NCBI GenBank assembly: GCA_008690995.1 | Contig: VRMN01000017.1 | Location: 186,001 to 250,000 of the forward strand | Direction of reading: 5' to 3' | Source of the DNA: Porphyridium purpureum | Taxonomy: Eukaryota | DNA length: 64,000 bases | Part shown: positions 54,255 to 62,611 of the stretch, piece after piece | How positions within the stretch are numbered: the first letter of the stretch is position 1 | Layout: each line of letters begins with the position of its first letter | The notes under the pieces: generated by a model | Databases searched by the model: none | Seen by the model: only the letters and a program-made list of their open reading frames with translations | Told to the model about the DNA's origin: nothing | Made by a program: the position numbers and the translations under genes

Positions 54255-56128
54255 CTCCTCCTTCCGATCTGAGGGACGCGTAACATAGTCCAACACCTGA
54301 TATGACCTTCCGGAAACAAAGGTTTTGTCATCAAGTCGGACACGTTTTCCCCCGTCCTCACATATTCCAATCTCACCAGCTTTTGCTTCTCGCAAACTTG
54401 GTGTATCCACGCCAAGTCCGTGGCTCTGGTCACTGCCATGTGATGCAACTTTGGCGAGTAGCCCATCTTGACCGCACGGAGAACAACTTGACTATCACAA
54501 AGCAGGGTCAACGCATAATCACCCTCCTGCACGCTTCGAAGAAACGACAATGCCGGAAACAGAGACAACTGCACCGCTTCTTCCAGAGCGGCCATCTCAG
54601 ACTCAGAGGTCGAAGAGCTCACAAAGCGTTGCCTTCTGGAGCTCCAGTCGACCAGATACTTGTTTCCACCCGCGACCAAGTACGTCACTCGTCCAGACGT
54701 CGACTTGCGCGTTTCCGGACATCCAGCGAAGTCGGCATCAGCATAGCCCAAGACGCTTACGTCACCGACCTTCAATGACGTCATCCGCAAATACTCAAGT
54801 GGTTCACGAGGAACCTTCAAGTATTGCATGACGCGAACCAGGAGTCTCTCAGCTGCGACGTTCCAGCTATCCACGTACCGAGCCACCACTCCAACTGCGT
54901 ACGAGATATCCGGTCTGACCGTCCTGGCCAACCACAGCAGCCGCCCAACATGCTCGCGTATTTTCAGATGTCCATGTTCGACTTGAACATCCAATACAGC
55001 GTCAGCATTCATCTTCTCACCTGGTGATTTCACCGCTCGCAGCACCTGCCCAAGTTCTTCTTCGAATTCCTTCACCACCAAAGCTTGGTAGTGATCATGA
55101 TCCAACGAAAGCCGTGCCGCCGACTCCGAGATCGTGAGACCTAGGAACCTCAACGGGGTACCTTCCGAGAGGACTTCTGGCTCCTTCTCAATGAGGAACT
55201 CTGACCTCAACTCTCGAAATATCTCACCCCGATCCTTCTCGGCACACGCGAGCAGGCCATCATCGACATACAAGGCCAAGAGTGCAACAGATGCACTTCC
55301 CGCCATCTTTTTCACGTATACGTTCTTCTCACCGTGAATCAAGTCCCACCCGAACTTTTGAAGTCTTCTGCGGGCATCCTGGGAAAAGTCAGACCCGCTT
55401 CTTGGCAAGCCATAAAGCGCCCTTCTCAAGCGAACGACAAGTCCATCACCTCCTCCTGGAACGTGACGGGGCAACATGGCAAACGTCGGTGGTCCTGATA
55501 AGTCAGCGTGTAAGTACGCCGACGTCACATCGAACGACACGATTTTCAATCCCAGGATCGCGGCCAAAGCTATCAACATTCTGATTGCAGACAGGCCCGC
55601 GGGCACCTCATAGTCAAACACATCCTGAGTGACCTTCCCTGAGGCATCCCAAATCCTATTTCCACCAGCAACAAGCCGACACTTGACCTTGCGAAACTCC
55701 TCCGGAAGCTCAGCGAACTTCAATCCGAATATAAAGTGTGTCCGCACAAATCGTGCGCCTGGGACCTTGAGAGCTTCTTCCCTTGAAATGGGTTGCTCAT
55801 CCCATACCTTGAATCGAATCATCAAGTCCACTTCTTTTTGCATGGCTTCTCTTCCAGCCGAAGAAGCCAGAGCTTGGCTCGTCTGCAACAAAGTTGTCAA
55901 GTTCAATTGCGGTGTTTCTGGAGCAACTCCTGCGCGTTGCCTCCAATTTTCCTCCGAGAGGCCCATATTATGAGCCCGGGCTCGCACATCCTTTCCGTTT
56001 CTTGAATCGCGGAACACTGCCTTGTATTCTTGCAGAGTTCTTTCCCACTTCCCCCAGCCAAAGAGCCGTAAGCCATCCATGATGGCCTGATCCTCTTCCC
56101 GGCTCCAAGATACCCTGGGTTTTCGTTT
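54245..56128 (-). CDS. pol C-terminal part: Myb/SANT-like domain, Ty1/copia RT (RVT_2) and RNase H
   Basis: KCRLVAGGN, FDVTSAYLHADL, LRRALYGLPRSG, LYVDD, RPDISYAV, GYADADFAG, SSTSESEMAAL, NVSDLMTKPL. Stop codon lies inside the 3' LTR. Confidence 0.92.
   Translation of the reverse strand, partial: KRKPRVSWSREEDQAIMDGLRLFGWGKWERTLQEYKAVFRDSRNGKDVRARAHNMGLSEENWRQRAGVAPETPQLNLTTLLQTSQALASSAGREAMQKEVDLMIRFKVWDEQPISREEALKVPGARFVRTHFIFGLKFAELPEEFRKVKCRLVAGGNRIWDASGKVTQDVFDYEVPAGLSAIRMLIALAAILGLKIVSFDVTSAYLHADLSGPPTFAMLPRHVPGGGDGLVVRLRRALYGLPRSGSDFSQDARRRLQKFGWDLIHGEKNVYVKKMAGSASVALLALYVDDGLLACAEKDRGEIFRELRSEFLIEKEPEVLSEGTPLRFLGLTISESAARLSLDHDHYQALVVKEFEEELGQVLRAVKSPGEKMNADAVLDVQVEHGHLKIREHVGRLLWLARTVRPDISYAVGVVARYVDSWNVAAERLLVRVMQYLKVPREPLEYLRMTSLKVGDVSVLGYADADFAGCPETRKSTSGRVTYLVAGGNKYLVDWSSRRQRFVSSSTSESEMAALEEAVQLSLFPALSFLRSVQEGDYALTLLCDSQVVLRAVKMGYSPKLHHMAVTRATDLAWIHQVCEKQKLVRLEYVRTGENVSDLMTKPLFPEGHIRCWTMLRVPQIGRRSMD
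54255..54265 (-). other. Polypurine tract
   Basis: GGAAGGAGGAG immediately before the 3' LTR. Confidence 0.8.
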
Positions 56129-57665
56129 CCCCCCTTCTTCCAACAGGTAGGGGAACATCCTCCTCCAAGTTCCCGGATTCACGCGCCTCGGCCGTATTCG
56201 TAGGCAACACCATAGTCTCTTGACTATCCGGTTCTTCCTGCCTAGAGTGAAAGTCGATTTCACCCTCACGTGCCGAGACCTCCTCGTCATCCCTTGTTTC
56301 CAAAGTCCGCATTGGAAACACTTCAGGGAACGCCTTGAAGTCCTGAGTGCGAGTCAGCCTCGGTGCCGCGCTCGTCCACTCCTCCTGAGGAAGGACCCAG
56401 ATTGCCAGCGGATGCTCCGCAACTCCAACAAGGACTCCAATCTTTCCTCTGGGTGCATACTTGTTCTCAGGTTGATCATTCTTGAACACCACCTTGCATC
56501 CAAATGGTACTGCTACCTTCCCCCGCTTCCATCTCTCACCGTACCTCATTTCATACGGAGACTTCCCAGACCTCTTGTCTGGGTGCAGCCGATTGAACAT
56601 GAAGACGAAATGCTGAGCGGCATGCAAAAACCACCGCTTTCCCAGCCCAGACTGCAGGAGATTTGCTCGTACCCCCTGATTCAAAGTATGATGGAAACGT
56701 TCCTGTTCAGCGTGGCTATTTGGTCTATGTGGGACCCCAATCTCATGCTTCACGAGATTCTCCCGTACCAAATTGCTCACATTTCCCCTGAACTCGTTTC
56801 CATCATCTGTCCTCAGTACCTTTGGCCATCCTCGCCCGGCTTGCACGCTTGTCCAAGCTTCAGCAACCGCCGTATGCGTTTTGGCTCTCAATCCTGCCAG
56901 TGTGGCCCACCTCGTCGCTCTATCGATGTGCGTCAGTATGTACTTCGCCCCATCGATGGCTTCCACGTTACGTCCGGGCTCCACCAGGTCGATCCCAACT
57001 TCGTCATTGAGCGACAAAGTGGACAAGTCCTTCTCCAGCCTTCTTGCTGGTTGGCTCTTGATCTTGGCCACAACACACGTCTCACAATCATCCCGCATCG
57101 GCATGTGAGTCAACGCATGTTCCATCCCGGCCATCTTTCCTTCGACCCCTTCACTGGCACTCTCCTCTTCTCCATCGTACGCTTGATTTCCGCTTGACTC
57201 GGAAAGAGCGTCCACGACATTCACCATCGCACAATCTTCCACATTTTCAAGTCCCAAGTCCATCGAACCCCTCTGCCAATCAATCCTCGGGTTCACGCGA
57301 CTCAGCCAGTCCCACCCGAGAATTGCATCCATTTGCAGCGGTCCGACATAAAACTTGACCGGCCCTTTCCAGAACCCAAGATCAACATGCTGCAACACCG
57401 GGCCATGCACTAAGACACTTTGCCCACCCGCAAGCTTGACCATTCCGTTCTCGCGCCCTTCAAATCTGCCGACAAAGCGAGATCCAAGAAAATTGTGCGA
57501 TGCTCCGCTGTCCACCAGAAATTGGACAGACTCGCCATCTAAAGTTCCACGCTTGTAGAGCAACCTCGACGCCGCATCAGCGCGCCAGACCTCACCTACA
57601 AAGCCCATCCCGGGAGGTTCCGTTCCCCTCGAGTGCACCTCCCAGCTTCTCCCTCGAGGTTTTAG
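56129..57665 (-). CDS. pol N-terminal part: aspartic protease + integrase
   Basis: FLVDSGASHNF...DAILGWDWLSRVNPRIDW; HALTHMPMRDDCETC; D-D-E core VGIDLV / LRTDDGNEF / EQERFHHTL; FGCKV, GVLVG. In the -1 frame relative to gag. Confidence 0.9.
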
Positions 57666-57671
57666 TTTTCC
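57612..57671 (-). other. Predicted -1 ribosomal frameshift signal (slippery site + H-type pseudoknot)
   Basis: G GAA AAC, 5-nt spacer, stem 1 CCTCGAG/CTCGAGG, stem 2 GGGAGGT/ACCTCCC. Confidence 0.8.
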
Positions 57672-58618
57672 GGGCCTCCCGCCAAGTGCCCATTCCGCTT
57701 TGGGCAATTGGGTTTGATGTGGCCGCGCTGCCCGCAATGGTAGCATCTGACTTTGCCCATGTCCGCATGCTTGCGCTTCTCCGGCTGGCGTTTCTCCACG
57801 ACGCCCAAATCCATTGGCGCCGTCCCGGCATACGACGAGCTGTTCCGGTAGTTTGGACTCGAGGCGCCATGAAAAGCCTCCCTCATGTCTCCTCCAAACC
57901 TACCAACCTGCTCCGCAGCCAACGCCGCCCTCAGCGACTCTTCCAGCGTCTTCGTGTCCTGACGCGCCACCTCAAGGCGAAGCTTCTCCTTCAGGCCGAG
58001 AGTGAAGATGGTGTTGAGCTCGGCATCTGTCACACTATCCACGGACAGAGCCACCATCCTCAGGCGCTGCTCAAACTCAGCAACAGTCATCTTGCCCTGC
58101 TTCAGCTGATACAAGTTCGTTCGAGCAGTCAGGTATGCCTGCGGCGGCTCAAATGCCGTCCGCACGAAGCTCGCGAACGCATTCCAACCGGACTCGGCCA
58201 ATGCCATCCTCTGTTCCTCAGGGCGAGCTGCCCACAACAGCGCGGCATCCTTCTCAAAGAAGCGCGACGCTACGATCACCTTCTGCGACTCCAGCGCTCC
58301 AGCTGGCATGCACATGTCCAAGTCTTGCTTCATCCTCGACAACCACTCGTTCACAACGAGTTTGTCGCGCTGTCCGTCGTATTTTCTCAAGCTGCGTCCA
58401 ATCAGCGATGCAACGGTCCTTTCCGTTTCGCCGGGACCAGCTGACACAGATGCCTGATGCATCACATTCTGCAGCATCTCCTGCAAGAGGCGATTTCCCT
58501 CCTGCAGCTGCACAATCATCATTTCTTGTCCTCCGATACGAGCATGAAGCTGGTTGAAAGCTTCAATCCACGACGCGCCGCCCTGCAGGCCCTGCACGTT
58601 CATTCCCTCAGAATCCAT
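57662..58618 (-). CDS. Gag (Ty3/gypsy-like) with CCHC zinc knuckle
   Basis: KYDGQRD..V.EWL, LYQLKQGKMTVAEF..., FTLGLKEKLR, APMDLG, CYHCGQRGHIKPNC. Confidence 0.92.
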   Translation of the reverse strand: MDSEGMNVQGLQGGASWIEAFNQLHARIGGQEMMIVQLQEGNRLLQEMLQNVMHQASVSAGPGETERTVASLIGRSLRKYDGQRDKLVVNEWLSRMKQDLDMCMPAGALESQKVIVASRFFEKDAALLWAARPEEQRMALAESGWNAFASFVRTAFEPPQAYLTARTNLYQLKQGKMTVAEFEQRLRMVALSVDSVTDAELNTIFTLGLKEKLRLEVARQDTKTLEESLRAALAAEQVGRFGGDMREAFHGASSPNYRNSSSYAGTAPMDLGVVEKRQPEKRKHADMGKVRCYHCGQRGHIKPNCPKRNGHLAGGPEN

Positions 58619-58622
58619 CTTC

Positions 58623-58640
58623 GCCGATGCGATGATACCA
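58623..58640 (-). other. Primer-binding site, probably initiator tRNA-Met
   Basis: TGGTATCATCGC directly after the 5' LTR; first 8 nt match the classical iMet PBS TGGTATCA. Confidence 0.75.
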
Positions 58641-59419
58641 CTTTAAATTCTCGCACGCTTGATGATGACAAGCGCACGAGCCCGGATGACACAACCCTTC
58701 TCAGATGACCGAACCCCAGCAACACGACGCACACAACACAGACGACGAATACCCGGGGCGTGGAAAATCCAACGTATAGGGCCTCTACTATTGCCTTTCG
58801 CGTCGGCACAGACAGCACCGGTCTCGACAGGGGCAGGGTGTCGTAACGGACAAAGCCGCCGTCTGCCTTCAGTGCTCTAAGAGCACCGAAACCCCCCAGA
58901 CACGATGTGCTGCTGGCTCTGCTACACAGGCTCAGCAAAAGGCCCCACGCCTTCCGACGGCCACGCCCAGGCACCCGACACCAAAGAACAAACTCCTCTT
59001 TTATTCTCTGTGTCCTACTCCCTTGCCTCTCCTTCTTCCGCTCTAAAGAAAATCCGGGGAACCGCACAGGCCCGCGCCCATTATATACCCCGCCGTCCTT
59101 GCTGTCCTTGACGCGGAAGGGAGAAATTATTTCTCCCAAAGGCTGGGCTTTCCTCCGTTCGTTCCACAGAACGAAGCCACAGCCAGCCACGTCAGCAAGC
59201 GGCTCAATGGGTGCTGGCCGGCCGCCAAGCGGCTCCTGCTTCCCTCGGACACGCGACTCCGGCTCCTCGGGGCGAAAGACAACAATGCACAAACCAGAGG
59301 TACAGGGTAAAAAAAACCACGTGGGCGAAAAAGCCCCTGTACCTCAAACAATTCCGAGACGCCGTACCTCCGGGTGTACACCCAGGGCGTCTCTCGGACC
59401 GGAACACTTTTAATCCATG
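58641..59419 (-). repeat. 5' LTR
   Basis: Direct repeat of 53446-54254; TATATAA on the minus strand near 59080. Confidence 0.92.
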
Positions 59420-59954
59420 GTTCAGCCATTGTTCAGCGGGTGTTCAGTAATATTCATCGGGGACTCGCTCGGAGATGACATATCGTGGACAGTGTCATGC
59501 TAGATGACAGTGTGTCATTTACGAGGCGCGCGGCCGTCATCCGGTCATTGCGGAAGTCTCCATGATGTCAAAGCAATGCGTGCACGGCGGTGTCGCGAGG
59601 CGCGGCCCGCACGAACGCACGCGCGCGGTGTGTCTGGTGCTCCGCCACGTGAGATGTGCGACTCGGCGGCGCCGCTGCGTATTTTGCGTGAGGAATCGCG
59701 CTCGCGATGCGTTGAGGAGGTTGGGTGGAACCCGCTCAACCGTCGCACAATCGCGGGCACTTGGCGCGCGTCTCGCCGATGCATATCTGACCCGCGCATC
59801 GTGCTTCACGCGTGGGTGTGTTCGGTTCGGCGGATCGGCGGTTCCTCCGGCACGCGCTCCGAGGCAGGCGGCTTGCCAACGCTTTACGGTCGGATGCTTG
59901 GGCGCTGACAAGGCGAATTCACTCAGGTAGTCGCAACGTATCGCGGACTTTGAA

Positions 59955-62459
59955 ATGGGGAATTGCTTGTCGGCCTCGGAACCGAGTGCGGCGGCCTCGG
60001 GCAAGCAGGCAGACAAGCCATCGTCTCCGACGCCCGTCAAGAAAAATACGGATGCTGTTCCCAAGGCGTCAGGACCAGAGCGGCCCGCGGCAAAGAAGGT
60101 ACAGGCCGCGCCCGTCGTGGACTCGACATCGTCGGCATCGTACTCGGCAAACGGTGGGTCGGAGCTTTTCGGACTGTTTGCCAAGAAGGACGAGGAAGAC
60201 AAAACCTTTTCTCTGCTTGGGGCCAAAAAGTCCAAGGTGCGCCTTGCCCAGCATGGCTTTGACGACTCAGCGGCAGCGGCGGATGCGCAGGCACCGCACA
60301 TTTCCGTGCTCGAGGGTGAAGCCATGACCATGTGGTACCGCGTGATTGTGGCGTCCGCGTCAACGCCAATCGACGAAAAGAGCGTTCAACAATGCATAGA
60401 CAGCGTCTTTGCCTTGGTGGACTCCAAGTTCAACAACTGGAACCCGAATAGCGAGATCAATCAGCTGAACGCGCTCAAGGCCAAGAAAAAGATGGACGCA
60501 TCGCCGGAAATGCACCAGCTCTTTGCGTTGATTGATAACGTGCACACACTCTCTGACGGCCGTTTTGACCCCACGGTGGATCCACTGATCAAGATCTGGA
60601 CAAAGAGTCTGGTCGAGTACGGGCATCCGTGCTCCTCACAGGACACTTCGCACCTCAAGTTTGCTCTAGGCTGGAAGACGAAAGTGACGCGCAAAAACTT
60701 GTCGGTTATGCTGGAGAATTCAAACACAAGTATCGACTTGTGCGGCATTGTGAAAGGTTATGCGGTGGACGAGATTCTAACACGAATCCAGAATGCGCGC
60801 TGGGTGGGGAACAACAAGATTAGCATTTACGTGGACTGGGCAGGGGATATTCGCAGCATCGGTATGCACCCGACTGGAAGGCCATGGCGCTCGGCTGTGA
60901 TGCAGCCGCCAGAGCTCAAACGCCTCTTTGATCTCTGGGCCTCTGACCGCATGGATCTCGCAGTTTCCGAAAAGGACGTGCAGTTTTTCGTAGACTTCCC
61001 GGACTCACATGGGGGTGCCGCGCTAGCCACGAGCGGCGACTATTTTCGCATTCAGAAATTCGGTTACCATCATATTTATGATATTACGAACCATACACCT
61101 TTGAAGGCCGGCGTGGGCTCGCTTGCCTCCGTGTCCGTACTTGCAAGCGATTGCACTACAGCGGATTCGCTCGCGACGGCTGGCATGACATGTGGCACCG
61201 TAAAAGCGGCCTCTGCATTTTTCGACGGTCTCATGAAATCGCAGCCTGATACATTGCTTGGTTACTGCCTAATTGGCCGGTCCAATGGCGATGTCAAGTA
61301 TACGAGTGTCTTTAAGAGACACAATGATTACCTTGAATCACACGGCGTCAAGACAAAAGCTTCTGACGTTTCGCCCGCACCGGGAAGCCTGATTGGTGTA
61401 GAACCTGCCGCCCTCAAGAAGCGAAACACGGACTCCAACAAGGCGCTCTTTCCAGCCGTTCTCAATCAGCTTCCGCGTACGTTGTGTGTGGTCGGTGTTA
61501 ACCAGTCAGGTGGGAAGCCATTCGTGACTGGGGTCTGCGGCTCAGTCGCGTCGTGCTCTCTATCCCCGCCATCCTTTTCCCTGCTGGTGGACCCAAGTGT
61601 GCTACCAGTTGCGGTGGGCACCGAGCTGCACGTTGCCTACTTGAACGAGAACACACGAGAACTTGTCGAAGCCTCGACAAATAATAGCAGCTCGTTCGTG
61701 GACTGGGCTCTGAAGCCTGGTGTACAATGCAAGGACGCGAAGGACTGGCAGAAAATGTTCGGCAAGGTATGCGCTGGGATGCTTGGGACAGTGGTGAAAG
61801 TGGAGAGTGTGGACGCCCATTGTGCGGTTGCTATTGTGAATCCGAGCTCCTTCACACTGATGCCCAAGAGCGGGGCGCGGCTACACGGAATTGGGTCGCG
61901 TTTGGTGTCTGGTCCGATTGTTGCGGAGAAGTACATTTGCGACTCGGTCGCGATTGAGGAGGACGAGCGTCTCAAGCGATTAATGCGCTCGAATCGGTCA
62001 CCGGTCTGTGTAGTATCCGTAAGCTCAGCAGACGGCCGCGCTCATGCGCTCACGGCGAGCTCGGTGCGAACCGAGCCGCGCACGGGTGCTAGCTTTGCGT
62101 TCAATATCCAGAAGGGGTCCGTTTTTCGCTCATCTCTTGGCTTTGAAGGCTCACGCGTAGCGCTCCACTGGCTTCACCCCGTGCAAGAGTCTTTGGCGGA
62201 ATACCACACCAAGTCAGTCACACTTGACACATCGCGCGCCGACTCGCTGTCAAATGTGGTCTCTCGTGACGAGATGGGCAGCGGCTGGCCGCCAGTGATT
62301 GCGGGCTGCGCGGCGGTTCTAATTTGCACCGTGGTGTGTGTGACTGACGCAGGTGATCATTTGGTATACGTGTGCCGCGCAACACACGTTCCGGAAGACT
62401 TGGGCACCGGCGTGTTCCTGACGTATGGCAACGGCAACTACTCCGTCCTGGAAGGTTAG
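59955..62459 (+). CDS. ApbE-type FAD:protein FMN transferase fused to two flavin-reductase-like domains, N-terminal MGNC acylation motif
   Basis: ApbE motifs SEINQLN, GRFDPTV.PL, IDLCGIVKGYAVD, AGDI, LATSGDY, HHIYD, ADSLATA. C-terminal PVCVVS...ALTASSV...DAGDHLVYV, plus a degenerate first copy (SVASCSLSPP). Confidence 0.85.
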   Translation: MGNCLSASEPSAAASGKQADKPSSPTPVKKNTDAVPKASGPERPAAKKVQAAPVVDSTSSASYSANGGSELFGLFAKKDEEDKTFSLLGAKKSKVRLAQHGFDDSAAAADAQAPHISVLEGEAMTMWYRVIVASASTPIDEKSVQQCIDSVFALVDSKFNNWNPNSEINQLNALKAKKKMDASPEMHQLFALIDNVHTLSDGRFDPTVDPLIKIWTKSLVEYGHPCSSQDTSHLKFALGWKTKVTRKNLSVMLENSNTSIDLCGIVKGYAVDEILTRIQNARWVGNNKISIYVDWAGDIRSIGMHPTGRPWRSAVMQPPELKRLFDLWASDRMDLAVSEKDVQFFVDFPDSHGGAALATSGDYFRIQKFGYHHIYDITNHTPLKAGVGSLASVSVLASDCTTADSLATAGMTCGTVKAASAFFDGLMKSQPDTLLGYCLIGRSNGDVKYTSVFKRHNDYLESHGVKTKASDVSPAPGSLIGVEPAALKKRNTDSNKALFPAVLNQLPRTLCVVGVNQSGGKPFVTGVCGSVASCSLSPPSFSLLVDPSVLPVAVGTELHVAYLNENTRELVEASTNNSSSFVDWALKPGVQCKDAKDWQKMFGKVCAGMLGTVVKVESVDAHCAVAIVNPSSFTLMPKSGARLHGIGSRLVSGPIVAEKYICDSVAIEEDERLKRLMRSNRSPVCVVSVSSADGRAHALTASSVRTEPRTGASFAFNIQKGSVFRSSLGFEGSRVALHWLHPVQESLAEYHTKSVTLDTSRADSLSNVVSRDEMGSGWPPVIAGCAAVLICTVVCVTDAGDHLVYVCRATHVPEDLGTGVFLTYGNGNYSVLEG

Positions 62460-62611
62460 CATGCGCGCACGCTTGTGTGGGTTGAAAGATGGAGATGAAC
62501 AAGCCGATGTCACGTGTCTGCTTGCGTCGTCCGACATTATAAATTTGATAGATTTCCCGGGGGCGGCTGGAACCATGTAAAGACGCATTGTAGGTAGTGG
62601 TCAGAATTCTG

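Larger units (their letters stand above)
53446..59419 (-). mobile_element. Full-length LTR retrotransposon (gypsy-like gag-PR, copia-type IN-RT-RH, internal Myb-like domain)
   Basis: Two direct ~0.8-kb LTRs, PBS, PPT, and gag, PR, IN, RT and RNase H motifs. Confidence 0.95.

Noticed and set aside
56220..58557. Long plus-strand ORFs (325 aa, 314 aa) inside the retrotransposon
   Set aside because: Antisense to IN and gag, with no recognisable motifs.
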